The notes below the pieces were generated by a model. The model saw only the letters and a list, made by a program, of their open reading frames with translations, was not told the DNA's origin and did no database searches. Source: an uncultured Bacteroidota bacterium (GTDB lineage Bacteria; Bacteroidota; Bacteroidia; Flavobacteriales; Flavobacteriaceae). Taken from it: 64,000 nucleotides of DNA. The stretch covers positions 5,354 through 69,353 of the forward strand of contig CACLPI010000001.1 in assembly GCA_902608795.1 (NCBI GenBank), written 5' to 3'. Within the stretch, counting starts at the first letter, position 1; every line of letters starts with the position of its first letter. Position numbers and translations under genes: made by a program. Positions 7,950 through 17,957 of the stretch are shown piece after piece.

Positions 7950-10900
7950 TTAGCGATTATTTTTTAGATATTTTTTATACTTGGGATATGCTAATAATGA
8001 AAGAGTTAAAATAATCACAAGAGTTAGAGTAATAAAAACTAAACTAATTTCTTGATCATCTTTTGCGTAAGAATGTAGTCCTGCTAGATAAAAATTAACG
8101 CCAAAATAAGTCATTATGATAGAACCGAAAGACAGTATTGAAGCTACTGTAAAAGTAAAATTACTTTTTAATCCAGGGATTAATCTCATGTGAATCACAA
8201 ATGCATAGACCATTATACTAATTAATGCCCATGTTTCTTTAGGATCCCAGCCCCAATATCTACCCCAGCTCTCATTTGCCCACATTCCACCCAAAAAATT
8301 TCCGATAGTAAGCATTACCAGTCCGATTGTCATCGACATTTCATTAATTAAAACCAGCTCTTTAACATTAATATTAAGTAATTCTCTGTTTTTTTTATTT
8401 ACCAAAATCATCAATATCAAAGAAACTACTCCGAGAATCATACTGATTGTAAACGGACCATAGCTTCCAACAATAACAGCAACATGAATCATTAACCAAT
8501 AGCTATCCAAGACAGGAACTAAATTGGCTATAGCTGGATCCATCCAGCTCCAATGAGCAATCATTAATATCATTGATGTAACAAATGTTGTTGAGGCTAA
8601 TGTTAACTCGCTTTTTTTACCAAAATAAATCCCAAATAACATTGTAGCCCATGCCACATAAATCATTGATTCATATCCGTCACTCCAAGGGGCATGACCA
8701 GAAATATACCATCTTGATATTAATCCTAGAGCATGTATTATGAAAAGTGCGTAAACAGCATATTTAGAGATCGCAATAATACTGTTAACAAATTTATTTC
8801 TGTTAAAAATCTGAAAGATTAGTGCTATGAACAGAATAGTACTTGCATACAAATACCAACTAAATAAACTTTTAAAAATATCATATTTGTTATACAGAAT
8901 TTCAGCATCTACTTTATTTGTAGTTAACATAACCTCAGAACCATATCTGTTCTGGGTATTAGTAATTGCAACCAAAATTTCATCAGCATCAGAGAAGTCA
9001 CCTGATTTTTTACCTTCATTCAAAAAATATAAGTATGTTTTGAAACCTGTATTAATAAAATTAGAGTATAGTGAATCTGTTAGCATTACGCTAAATCTAT
9101 TTTCACTTGGTGATATCCATTTATTGTTTTCATCATCTGGAATAGGAAAAAGCTTCAAAGTAGTACCCTGAACCGAATTGTATAATAGGTTTACACGCTG
9201 ATCAGTCTCTCTAAATTCTTTTTGAAAAGCATTGGGAACAGCCGCTCGATAAGCCTCCTCAAGAAATGGACCTAACTTATATTCTCCTCTTTCAGTGAAA
9301 AAATCTACTAGTGAGGCATGCTTTAGGTCTTTTTCAACACCAATTATGCTTCTTATAGAGTCCGCTTTTTTACTTTTTAAGAATATTAGAGGAACACTAT
9401 ACCATAACAATGGGCTTTCCTGCATTGATAGATAAACCTGATTGGAATCAAAATCTTTATAATGATCTTTCTTACTTAATTTTCTTAGTAGCTCAGAAGA
9501 ATATGTATTTACCGGCATCATCCTCCCTCCAACATCTTGCATTACTAATCTGCCAAATTTTCCCGCTTGTTCTTTTGAAGCTATGTTAACATCTAATATG
9601 GAATCAATCTTTTCAATATCAGATGCTGATGAGCTATGAACTCCAAATCCTTGAGCATTAATTGTTAGAGAAATTAAAATTAGCATTGAGGTTACAAGCT
9701 TTATTTTTTTATTCCTAGCTATCTGAAGTTGCTTCTTAAGTGAATCAAATCTCGTAAATCTTGCAAAAAGGATAACAATTAAACCAAAGTATAATAAAAT
9801 GTAACCAATGTATGTAAATAATGTGCCCCAAAAATCATGATTTACAGATAAAATTGTTCCTTGTTCGTCAGGGTCAAATGAAGCCTGAAAAAATCTATAT
9901 CCTTCATAGTTAAGAATATTATTCATGTAAATTCGATAATCAAATGTCTCATCATCAACAACTGTAACCTCACTCGCAAAAGAGGAATAGCTGCTGTCTG
10001 TTCCTGGATATTTTTCAGCAATAAAATCGTTTAACTTTATACTAAAAGGCAAATCATATACTTTTGATCCGTATCTGATTGTAAAGTCTTGATTTCCTAC
10101 AGAAAATGTCTTAAATGCGTTATTTGTTCCTTTACCACCAATTACCCTTACAGCCTTAGACTCAACTGGAGTTGAAATAAGTAATTCAAGACCATCTTGA
10201 TCAGATTTTAAGAGCTCCGATTTCTTGACTATATCAAAGACACCTTTAATGACCGGTTTTGGAAAAACAAGCTGTTGCCCATTAATAATATATCTTGCCC
10301 TTAGATTTAATAATTCGTTAGAGTTTTTTGGGAGAAAACCCTGTGTCATTGATGCCATAACAATATATTCACCTTCATAGGGGGAATTAATGAATAAATC
10401 ATAATTCTCATCAAAAGTAATATTGACAGCACCTTCAATATAATTATTTAAAGTGTAAAGAGTTCCATGAATATTTTCTGTGAATCCGTCTTTAAGGAAA
10501 TGGTTGTGAGGCATACCTCCTGCCGACTCAACAATTTTTAGAAAGTAGTCTCCATTTTCATCAAAAACCACATCTTCCTCTGCACCATTTATAAATTCAG
10601 TTAATTTGATCGTGATTGGCATATCTGCATATTGAGCATTGAAGCTAAATTTGTTTTCTAATCTGGGTGAAAAGTCAACAGGTCTTTCAGTATACCATCT
10701 CTGAGGTAATCCGTCTATCACATAATCACCGTCAATGTAAACAGTTAAATAAGTTTCTTCAGACAAAAAAGAGTTTTCAGTATCTCCTTCGCGGATACTC
10801 ATAACCCCCTCATAACTAATGTATCTAGTAATAAAAGCACCGAGTAATATAAAAATCCATGATAAATGAAGTAATAAAACTGGCCATTTTCTTTTGCTCA

Positions 10901-11120
10901 AAAGGTTATATTTAAATATGTTTCCTATAAAATTTATTACGAAAAGAAGCATAATTACTTCAAACCACCATGCATTATAAATTAAATTTCTTGTAAGTGG
11001 AGTTGGCGATGTTTCTTGACCAGCATCCATAAATGTTCCAATTGCCATGGCAACAGCAAATACAACAAATAATACCCCCGTGAGCCTATTGGAAAATAAT
11101 ATTTTTTTTAGTGTATTCAT
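7950..11120 (-). CDS. ccsA: Cytochrome c biogenesis System II protein, fused ResB/CcsB-CcsA
   Basis: 1056 aa polytopic protein. The C-terminal WGRYWGWDPKETWALI is the CcsA tryptophan-rich (WWD) haem-handling motif. The N-terminal half is ResB-like. Confidence 0.9.
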   Translation of the reverse strand: MNTLKKILFSNRLTGVLFVVFAVAMAIGTFMDAGQETSPTPLTRNLIYNAWWFEVIMLLFVINFIGNIFKYNLLSKRKWPVLLLHLSWIFILLGAFITRYISYEGVMSIREGDTENSFLSEETYLTVYIDGDYVIDGLPQRWYTERPVDFSPRLENKFSFNAQYADMPITIKLTEFINGAEEDVVFDENGDYFLKIVESAGGMPHNHFLKDGFTENIHGTLYTLNNYIEGAVNITFDENYDLFINSPYEGEYIVMASMTQGFLPKNSNELLNLRARYIINGQQLVFPKPVIKGVFDIVKKSELLKSDQDGLELLISTPVESKAVRVIGGKGTNNAFKTFSVGNQDFTIRYGSKVYDLPFSIKLNDFIAEKYPGTDSSYSSFASEVTVVDDETFDYRIYMNNILNYEGYRFFQASFDPDEQGTILSVNHDFWGTLFTYIGYILLYFGLIVILFARFTRFDSLKKQLQIARNKKIKLVTSMLILISLTINAQGFGVHSSSASDIEKIDSILDVNIASKEQAGKFGRLVMQDVGGRMMPVNTYSSELLRKLSKKDHYKDFDSNQVYLSMQESPLLWYSVPLIFLKSKKADSIRSIIGVEKDLKHASLVDFFTERGEYKLGPFLEEAYRAAVPNAFQKEFRETDQRVNLLYNSVQGTTLKLFPIPDDENNKWISPSENRFSVMLTDSLYSNFINTGFKTYLYFLNEGKKSGDFSDADEILVAITNTQNRYGSEVMLTTNKVDAEILYNKYDIFKSLFSWYLYASTILFIALIFQIFNRNKFVNSIIAISKYAVYALFIIHALGLISRWYISGHAPWSDGYESMIYVAWATMLFGIYFGKKSELTLASTTFVTSMILMIAHWSWMDPAIANLVPVLDSYWLMIHVAVIVGSYGPFTISMILGVVSLILMILVNKKNRELLNINVKELVLINEMSMTIGLVMLTIGNFLGGMWANESWGRYWGWDPKETWALISIMVYAFVIHMRLIPGLKSNFTFTVASILSFGSIIMTYFGVNFYLAGLHSYAKDDQEISLVFITLTLVIILTLSLLAYPKYKKYLKNNR

Positions 11121-11138
11121 TTAGATTTTTATGGGCTA

Positions 11139-11146
11139 CAAATTTA
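11139..11146 (-). promoter_or_regulatory. Putative -7 box (TAAATTTG) for the ccsA-trans-sulfuration-bshB1 unit
   Basis: Exact TAnnTTTG on the minus strand, 19 nt upstream of the ccsA ATG. Confidence 0.4.
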
Positions 11147-11216
11147 ATACCATTTTGGCTTATTTTATACCTAATTATATTATTTATTTTGTAAATTTTA
11201 ACTAATCATTTATTCC

Positions 11217-11963
11217 ATGATAAAAGTTACAGTATTGGGATCAGGAAATGTTGGATTTCATCTGATTAATTTATTTGACAACTCAAATAAAATTAAACTG
11301 CATGAGTGGTACTCTCGTTCTTTAAAGTTTGACTCTAGGGTTAAAGTTATTAATGAGATTACAGGGTTAACAGAATCTGATATCTATATTATTTGTGTCA
11401 ATGATGATTCTATAGCTGAAGTTAGTGATAAGATTCTAGTTAGGGGAAAATTAATTGTTCATACGTCTGGAAGTACACCATACAATGTAATGAATAAAAA
11501 CAATAGAAGAGGAGTTTTTTATCCCCTTCAAACATTTTCTAAATCACAAGATTTAAATTATTCTGAAATTCCAATATGTATTGAAGCAGAAAATGTAGAT
11601 GATCTTAACACCTTAAAAGACTTATCAAAAATTATAGGCTGTAACTATTATCAAATTAACTATGAAGAAAGAAAAACATTACATCTGGCTGCAATTATTT
11701 CTAATAACTTCACAAACTTTTTATTTAGTCTTTCCAAGGAATTGATTGATTCAAAGAATTTAGATTTTAATATTTTAAAACCTTTAATTAAGGAAACAGT
11801 TAATAAAATTCATAAATTAGACCCCGTCAATGCTCAAACAGGTCCAGCAAAAAGAAATGATAAAAATATCATGAAAATGCATCTGGAAATGTTAGATGAT
11901 AAAAATACCATATCTCTATACAAAACAATTAGTGATATGATTAAAGAAAAATATGGAAATTAA
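11217..11963 (+). CDS. Rossmann-like / DUF2520 domain protein (ProC-like NADP oxidoreductase fold)
   Basis: N-terminal VLGSGNVG dinucleotide-binding motif. Length and pattern match the DUF2520 family found in Flavobacteriia. Confidence 0.7.
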   Translation: MIKVTVLGSGNVGFHLINLFDNSNKIKLHEWYSRSLKFDSRVKVINEITGLTESDIYIICVNDDSIAEVSDKILVRGKLIVHTSGSTPYNVMNKNNRRGVFYPLQTFSKSQDLNYSEIPICIEAENVDDLNTLKDLSKIIGCNYYQINYEERKTLHLAAIISNNFTNFLFSLSKELIDSKNLDFNILKPLIKETVNKIHKLDPVNAQTGPAKRNDKNIMKMHLEMLDDKNTISLYKTISDMIKEKYGN

Positions 11964-12456
11964 TTACAAAGAAAAATTAGCCGATATAAATGCATTTATT
12001 TTTGATGTAGACGGAGTCCTAACTAACGGAAGTTTAATAATAAGTGAATCCGGAGAGCTGTTAAGAACAATGAACGTAAAAGACGGATTCGCTATGAAAT
12101 TCGCTATTGATAATGGTTATAAAATTGGAATTATTTCTGGAGGAACGAACGAATCTGTTAGAAAAAGACTAAATGGTCTTGGAATCGAAGAAATTTACTT
12201 AAAATCTCATGATAAGGTTGTTCCTTTTAATAATTTTTTAAGTAAATATAAACTTAACCAAGAAAATGTTTTGGCTATGGGCGATGATATTCCTGACATT
12301 CCAATTATTAAGTTGGCAGGTATTGGTTGTTGTCCCCAAGATGCTGTTCCCGAGGTTAAAGCCGTTTCTAACTATATTTCTCAAAAAAATGGAGGAAAAG
12401 GATGTGTTAGGGATGTCATTGAGCAAGTAATGAAGATTCAAAATAAATGGATTTAA
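11953..12456 (+). CDS. kdsC: HAD-IIIA hydrolase, 3-deoxy-D-manno-octulosonate 8-phosphate phosphatase (KdsC)
   Basis: FIFDVDGVLTNG, a KDG motif and GDDIPD. The 167 aa length is typical for KdsC. Confidence 0.75.
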   Translation: MEINYKEKLADINAFIFDVDGVLTNGSLIISESGELLRTMNVKDGFAMKFAIDNGYKIGIISGGTNESVRKRLNGLGIEEIYLKSHDKVVPFNNFLSKYKLNQENVLAMGDDIPDIPIIKLAGIGCCPQDAVPEVKAVSNYISQKNGGKGCVRDVIEQVMKIQNKWI

Positions 12457-12547
12457 AAAATATCAAATGGAGTAAAGAATATACAATTCTACTTTTTATC
12501 AACTTTATTTACTTTTTAATTTTTCTTTTTATAACCATAAGCTATTA

Positions 12548-14233
12548 GTGATGCATAATTTAGATTGGTTTGTGTTAATTTTTACTCTGCTTCTCATTGT
12601 TGTTTACGGAACTGTAAAGACCAGTGGTGCAAAAAACGCTAATGAATATATAAAAGCAGGTAATGATGCAAAATGGTGGACAATAGGTCTCTCAGTTATG
12701 GCTACACAAGCCAGTGCAATTACTTTTTTATCCACCCCCGGACAAGCTTATAATGATGGATTAGGCTTTGTTCAGTTTTATTTTGGTTTACCGATTGCAG
12801 TTGTTATCGTTTGTACCATATTTATTCCCATTTATCACAAATTAAAGGTGTATACAGCATATGAGTTTTTAGAAAGGCGTTTTGATTTAAAAACAAGATC
12901 TCTGACAGCAGTTCTTTTCCTGATTCAAAGAAGTTTATCTGCAAGCATTACTATTTTTGCTCCTGCTATAATTCTATCAACGGTACTCGCCTGGGATTTA
13001 ATAACAACAAATATCATTATAGGATCATTAGTAATAGTTTATACGGTTTCTGGTGGGACTAAAGCAGTTAATTTCACCCAAAAATATCAGATGGGTGTAA
13101 TTTTAATTGGACTAGTTATTGTGCTTTTTACAATATTTAACTTACTCCCAAATGATATTGACTTTAATAAGGCAATTAAAATTGCTTCAGCTAACTCAAA
13201 AATGGATATTTTAAACTTTTCATTTGATCTGGAAAATAGATACACTGTATGGAGTGGAATTATTGGTGGAACCTTTTTAATGATGTCATACTTTGGTACA
13301 GATCAAAGTCAAGTTCAAAGGTATCTTTCTGGTAAATCTCTCAAAGAGATGCAGCTAGGAATGATTTTTAATGGAATATTTAAAATTCCAATGCAATTTT
13401 TTATTCTTTTTATCGGAGTTATGGTTTTTGTTTTTTACCAGTTTAATTCCTCTCCATTAAATTTTAATCCCCAAGGAAAAATTATAATTTCTAATTCTAA
13501 TTATGAGAATGAATACAAAGAACTAGAGGAAAATTTGAAAAAAAACTTTGATGAGAAGACGTACATATTAAATGATATTTTATTAAAAGATAAAATCGAA
13601 GTAAAGGAAAAAATTGACAATCTAAACAATGAAGAAAAAAACATAAGAGATAGAGCTAAAATTTTAATCGGAAAAGCTGCAAAAGATAAGAATGTAAAAG
13701 TTGAAACAAATGATAAAGACTATGTGTTTATTAATTTTATACTTGAAAATCTTCCAAAAGGCTTAATCGGCTTACTACTGGCAGTGATAATAAGTGCTGC
13801 AATGTCTTCAACTTCAAGCGAAATTAATGCCCTAGCTACAACAACATCAATTGATATTCTTAAAAGAAATTTTAACTATGTCAACGATGATAATATTGTT
13901 TATTATACAAAACTAATGACACTGTTTTGGGGCGTGTGTGCCATAGCCTTAGCATGTGTAGCTTATCTTGCAGACAACCTGATTCAACTGGTAAATATTA
14001 TAGGGTCAATATTTTACGGAAACGTATTGGGTATATTTTTAATTGCATTTTTCTTAAAAGTATTAAAATCAAATGCAGTATTTATTGGGGCAATAATAAC
14101 TCAGATAATCATAATTATAGCTTGGTTCTATGACTGGATGCCATTCCTTTGGCTAAATGTTTTTGGTTGCGTTATGGTTATATTAATATCTTTTTTAATT
14201 CATCTAACACTGAAAGGCTTTAAAGCTTCATAG
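12548..14233 (+). CDS. Sodium:solute symporter family (SSF) transporter
   Basis: 561 aa multi-TM protein with GGTKAV and YFGTDQSQVQRYLS motifs. GTG at 12548 is followed at once by ATG at 12551, and either may be the start. Confidence 0.85.
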   Translation: MMHNLDWFVLIFTLLLIVVYGTVKTSGAKNANEYIKAGNDAKWWTIGLSVMATQASAITFLSTPGQAYNDGLGFVQFYFGLPIAVVIVCTIFIPIYHKLKVYTAYEFLERRFDLKTRSLTAVLFLIQRSLSASITIFAPAIILSTVLAWDLITTNIIIGSLVIVYTVSGGTKAVNFTQKYQMGVILIGLVIVLFTIFNLLPNDIDFNKAIKIASANSKMDILNFSFDLENRYTVWSGIIGGTFLMMSYFGTDQSQVQRYLSGKSLKEMQLGMIFNGIFKIPMQFFILFIGVMVFVFYQFNSSPLNFNPQGKIIISNSNYENEYKELEENLKKNFDEKTYILNDILLKDKIEVKEKIDNLNNEEKNIRDRAKILIGKAAKDKNVKVETNDKDYVFINFILENLPKGLIGLLLAVIISAAMSSTSSEINALATTTSIDILKRNFNYVNDDNIVYYTKLMTLFWGVCAIALACVAYLADNLIQLVNIIGSIFYGNVLGIFLIAFFLKVLKSNAVFIGAIITQIIIIIAWFYDWMPFLWLNVFGCVMVILISFLIHLTLKGFKAS

Positions 14234-15065
14234 ACCATTCGGTAATAGACTGTCTATTCATTTTTACATAACCCTGGTTATCAGACTTAATTGCATCATT
14301 TAATGATTTTTTTGCCGCATCAATAGCTTCAGAGAATTTGTTATTAGCTGCCATTAATAAAGATTGTTGTCTGTAATGATAGAATCTTGGCTTTTCAAAC
14401 AATTCTATCGCTTTATTCATCCATGATAATGCTTGAGATAAATTAACGTTCTCTTGTCTATAAAAAACAGCTGCAGCATAATAATCAGATGCCTTTGGAT
14501 TATTATTCATGACATTACTAATCTCCTTTTCAACCATTGATCTTGTTGGTACATCAATTTTAATGTCAACAGACGAATTTTCCCATGAAAGACTCATGTT
14601 AACATCATTATTAGTTAAATCATCAAAAGAAATGGTAAATGTTTCAACAGTATTGATTTTATTTACTTTATAAGTTGAGCTAAATACTATTTTATCATCA
14701 GACCAGTCCCTTGGAACTCCCCAAAGTTCAACGTCAGAATATAAGATAACAGTCCAATCATTTTGGTTTGGAATTGAAAAAATAGAATATGTACCTGCTT
14801 TAATTGTATTATAATCAATTATTACATCTGTTGTAAAACTAATCTTAGTACTATTGTCCGCGCCAGTTCTCCAAATTTTATCGTAAGGAACCAAATTGCC
14901 AAAGATTTCTCTTCCTCTAATTGAGGGTCTACTGTATTTAACCTCAATTTCGGTTAAACCTACCATCTGTTTAATTTCAGTAGCTGGGCTAAATCTAGGA
15001 GTATTAATTTGTGAAATACCTAAATGCCCAATAAATAATAATATTGTAAAAATAAATGTTCTCAT
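14220..15065 (-). CDS. DUF2911 domain protein with C-terminal TPR-like region, secreted
   Basis: Signal peptide plus a SPATEIKQMVGL..YSRPSIRGREIFG..VPYDKIWRTGADNSTKISF pattern characteristic of DUF2911. Confidence 0.75.
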   Translation of the reverse strand: MRTFIFTILLFIGHLGISQINTPRFSPATEIKQMVGLTEIEVKYSRPSIRGREIFGNLVPYDKIWRTGADNSTKISFTTDVIIDYNTIKAGTYSIFSIPNQNDWTVILYSDVELWGVPRDWSDDKIVFSSTYKVNKINTVETFTISFDDLTNNDVNMSLSWENSSVDIKIDVPTRSMVEKEISNVMNNNPKASDYYAAAVFYRQENVNLSQALSWMNKAIELFEKPRFYHYRQQSLLMAANNKFSEAIDAAKKSLNDAIKSDNQGYVKMNRQSITEWSMKL

Positions 15066-15101
15066 GTTTTATAAATAATTTTTATATTCGACTTAAGTTT
15101 T

Positions 15102-15109
15102 CAAATTTA
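15102..15109 (-). promoter_or_regulatory. Putative -7 box (TAAATTTG) for the DUF2911 gene
   Basis: Exact TAnnTTTG on the minus strand, 37 nt upstream of ATG 15065. Confidence 0.4.
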
Positions 15110-15120
15110 ACGAATTAATT

Positions 15121-15744
15121 ATGAATAAGTATATAATAGAATTTTTAGGAACATTTTTTCTAGTGTTAATCATAGGTCTTAGCCAAAATCCAGTTGCAAT
15201 AGGACTTGGATTAGCAGTATTGGTTTATATGGGAGCTCATATTTCGGGAGCACATTACAACCCGGTTGTTAGCCTTGCAATGTTTATCAATAGACAAATT
15301 GAAATAAAAGAGTTTTCATTTTATTTGGCAAGTCAACTTTTGGGTTCAGTAATTGCCACATATCTCATAATGTTATTAGGTAATGATTTTAATGTTGTTT
15401 CTAATACCGATGATATTTCCAGCTTCATATTAGCAGAAGTTTTATTTACTTTTCTGCTTGTTTTTGTAATTCTTAACGTTGCGTTAAACAAAAATTTGAA
15501 AGGCAATCAGTTTTATGGACTGGCTATTGGTTTAACTGTTACTGCTGGTGCTTTTGCAGTTGGTGATATTTCGGGTGCGGTTTTTAATCCAGCGGTAAGT
15601 TTTGGCCCTTCTATTTTCAATTTCATTGACCCTCAAGTGTTAGGCTCTGATGTTTCATCAAGTGATTTTTTTATCTATTACCTTATTTCAGGAATAATTG
15701 GTTCAGTTATTGCGTCACTCCTTTATAAAAAGGTATATCACTAA
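15121..15744 (+). CDS. MIP/aquaporin family channel
   Basis: Two hemipore motifs, HYNPVVS and VFNPAVS, and six predicted TM segments. It is the first gene of the light-response operon. Confidence 0.85.
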   Translation: MNKYIIEFLGTFFLVLIIGLSQNPVAIGLGLAVLVYMGAHISGAHYNPVVSLAMFINRQIEIKEFSFYLASQLLGSVIATYLIMLLGNDFNVVSNTDDISSFILAEVLFTFLLVFVILNVALNKNLKGNQFYGLAIGLTVTAGAFAVGDISGAVFNPAVSFGPSIFNFIDPQVLGSDVSSSDFFIYYLISGIIGSVIASLLYKKVYH

Positions 15745-16364
15745 TGCATCTCGAAGAGGAGGAAATTGAAAATCTTGATAAAGTTTACCGAATTAACTTA
15801 ATTAATTCATGCTCTGGATATAAATCAGCAAATCTTATAGGTTCAGTTTCAGATGAAGGAATCAATAACTTAGCAATATTTAGTTCGATAACACATCTGG
15901 GATCTAGTCCACCCTTATTGGGTTTCTTTTTAAGACCAACAGAAATTGTTCCAAGGCACACCTATCTTAATATTAAAGAAAACTCATATTACACAATAAA
16001 TTCAGTTCAAATTGAATTCGCCGATAAAGCTCACCACACTTCAGCAAAATATGACAGAGAAATTTCTGAGTTCGATATTACTAAAATTGAATCTGAAATT
16101 ATAAATAATTTTCCTGCCCCTTATGTGAAATATTCGTCAGTTAAGATTGGAATGAAGTTTGTAGAAGAAATAAAAATTAATTACAATAAGTCAAGATTAA
16201 TAGTGGGTAAAATAGTAGAATTAAATGTTGATGATAATCTAATCACTAATGATGGATTTATTAATTTGAGTGATGCAAAAGTTGCAACTATAAGCGGCTG
16301 TGATGGCTACTCATTTCCAAAATCAAATTCAAGAAAAGGATATCAGAAACCTCAAAAGAGTTGA
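15744..16364 (+). CDS. Flavin reductase-like (FMN-binding split-barrel) family protein
   Basis: [15 protein letters not shown]...[22 protein letters not shown] resembles the flavobacterial Flavin_Reduct family. The start overlaps the aquaporin stop (TAATG). Confidence 0.7.
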   Translation: MHLEEEEIENLDKVYRINLINSCSGYKSANLIGSVSDEGINNLAIFSSITHLGSSPPLLGFFLRPTEIVPRHTYLNIKENSYYTINSVQIEFADKAHHTSAKYDREISEFDITKIESEIINNFPAPYVKYSSVKIGMKFVEEIKINYNKSRLIVGKIVELNVDDNLITNDGFINLSDAKVATISGCDGYSFPKSNSRKGYQKPQKS

Positions 16365-16510
16365 AAAAAACATTTTTACCTGAAAAAATATGTCCAGTCT
16401 GTAAATTCCCTTTCAAATGGAGAAAAAAGTGGAAGAGAGATTGGGTTAATGTGATTTATTGTAGCAAAAAATGTAGTAAAATTGGAAGAGGTAAACTTAA
16501 TATTTCCTAA
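16361..16510 (+). CDS. DUF2256 zinc-ribbon protein (not in the ORF track)
   Basis: Manual translation from TTG 16361 gives [49 protein letters not shown]. This matches the DUF2256 signature CxxC..F.WRKKW...W..V.YCS..C. The start overlaps the upstream stop (TTGA). Confidence 0.7.
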   Translation: MKKTFLPEKICPVCKFPFKWRKKWKRDWVNVIYCSKKCSKIGRGKLNIS

Positions 16511-17957
16511 TCAACTTTTTGAAAAATCTCCGCTTTTCAACAAAAATGTTAAAACATTTTTAATCGAAGAGTACCTTTTTTTTAAGCACTTCAAATTCCA
16601 TAAAAAAAAGATTTTTTTTCATAGAGTAAGTATGAAAAAGTACTATGATTATTGCTTGGATTATTTTGATAATATTGAATATATCAATTCCTACAATGAA
16701 AATTCAGACATAAGAGTTCTGTTAAATATGCTTTTAAGTAGAAATACTAAGAAAATAAATTATATAGATCCTTGTGACAATTGGTTGAATAAAAGAATAA
16801 AGGAATTTGGCAAGTCAATAGATATTAATATGATTGACTCACCTCAATTTATAAATTCTAATGAAGAAAACTTAACCTTTTTCAACACCAACAAAAAAAA
16901 GTATTTTCAAACGAGTTTTTATAAACTTCAAAGAAAAAAAATGGATATTCTTATGAATGGTGATAACCCCGAGGGTGGTAAGTGGACCTATGATGATGAA
17001 AATAGAAAAAAATATCCCAAAAATAAAATACCCCCGAAGATTATTTACCCCAAAGAGGGAATTTCATATGTTGAAGATGCAAATTCGTACATAAAAAATA
17101 ATTTTAAAAACAATTATGGATCACTCAATAAAAAAATAAACTACCCCACGGATTTTCAAACAGCCAAAAATTGGTTAAGTGATTTTTTAAAGCATAGATT
17201 TTTTGAATTTGGAGATTACGAAGATGCAATGGTTCAAAATGAATTAATATTAAATCATAGCCTACTCTCACCGTTAATTAACTGTGGATTATTAACACCG
17301 ACCTACGTGGTAAATAAGTTGAACGAATATGCAGTAAAAAAAAAGATACCCATCAACTCATATGAAGGAATAATTAGACAAATTATTGGCTGGAGAGAAT
17401 TTATTAGAGGTGTATACATTTCTAAAGGCAGTGTCGAAAGAACTAAAAACTATTGGGGTTTTACAAAAAAAATGCCTGACTCTTTTTACTCAGCATCAAC
17501 AGGCATCAAACCGGTAGATGATTGTATAAATAAACTAAATGATAATGCCTACTTGCATCATATTGAACGACTCATGGTAATTGGGAATTTTATGTTTTTG
17601 TGTGAAATAAATCCAGATGATGTATATAAATGGTTTATGGAATTGTTTATTGACTCATACGATTGGGTAATGGTTCCAAATGTTTATGGAATGAGTCAGT
17701 TTGCAGATGGTGGATTAATGTCTACAAAACCATATATAAGTAGTAGCAATTATATAATGAAAATGAGTGATTACAAAAAGGGAGAATGGCAAAAAATATG
17801 GGATGGCCTTTACTGGAGATTTATATATAAAAATCAATCTTTTTTTACATCTAACCCTAGATTATCCATGATGGTTAGAACATTAAACAAAATGAATAAT
17901 GATAAATTAAATTATCATCTTGAAGTCTCTGAAATATTTTTATCGCGATTAAAATGA
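16482..17957 (+). CDS. Cryptochrome/photolyase family protein, PhrB/CryB (FeS-BCP, prokaryotic 6-4 photolyase) type
   Basis: The LIFPNQLF N-terminus and [14 protein letters not shown]...[28 protein letters not shown]...[16 protein letters not shown] match the COG3046 deoxyribodipyrimidine photolyase-related family. TTG start. Confidence 0.85.
   Translation: MEEVNLIFPNQLFEKSPLFNKNVKTFLIEEYLFFKHFKFHKKKIFFHRVSMKKYYDYCLDYFDNIEYINSYNENSDIRVLLNMLLSRNTKKINYIDPCDNWLNKRIKEFGKSIDINMIDSPQFINSNEENLTFFNTNKKKYFQTSFYKLQRKKMDILMNGDNPEGGKWTYDDENRKKYPKNKIPPKIIYPKEGISYVEDANSYIKNNFKNNYGSLNKKINYPTDFQTAKNWLSDFLKHRFFEFGDYEDAMVQNELILNHSLLSPLINCGLLTPTYVVNKLNEYAVKKKIPINSYEGIIRQIIGWREFIRGVYISKGSVERTKNYWGFTKKMPDSFYSASTGIKPVDDCINKLNDNAYLHHIERLMVIGNFMFLCEINPDDVYKWFMELFIDSYDWVMVPNVYGMSQFADGGLMSTKPYISSSNYIMKMSDYKKGEWQKIWDGLYWRFIYKNQSFFTSNPRLSMMVRTLNKMNNDKLNYHLEVSEIFLSRLK

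Noticed and set aside
8827-9171. 114-aa plus-strand ORF inside ccsBA. Similar antisense ORFs occur at 36213..36509, 41607..41879, 42835..43089, 51303..51656 and 57599..57784.
   Set aside because: All are nested antisense within strongly supported conserved genes. None has a recognisable domain, a plausible promoter or room for independent expression.
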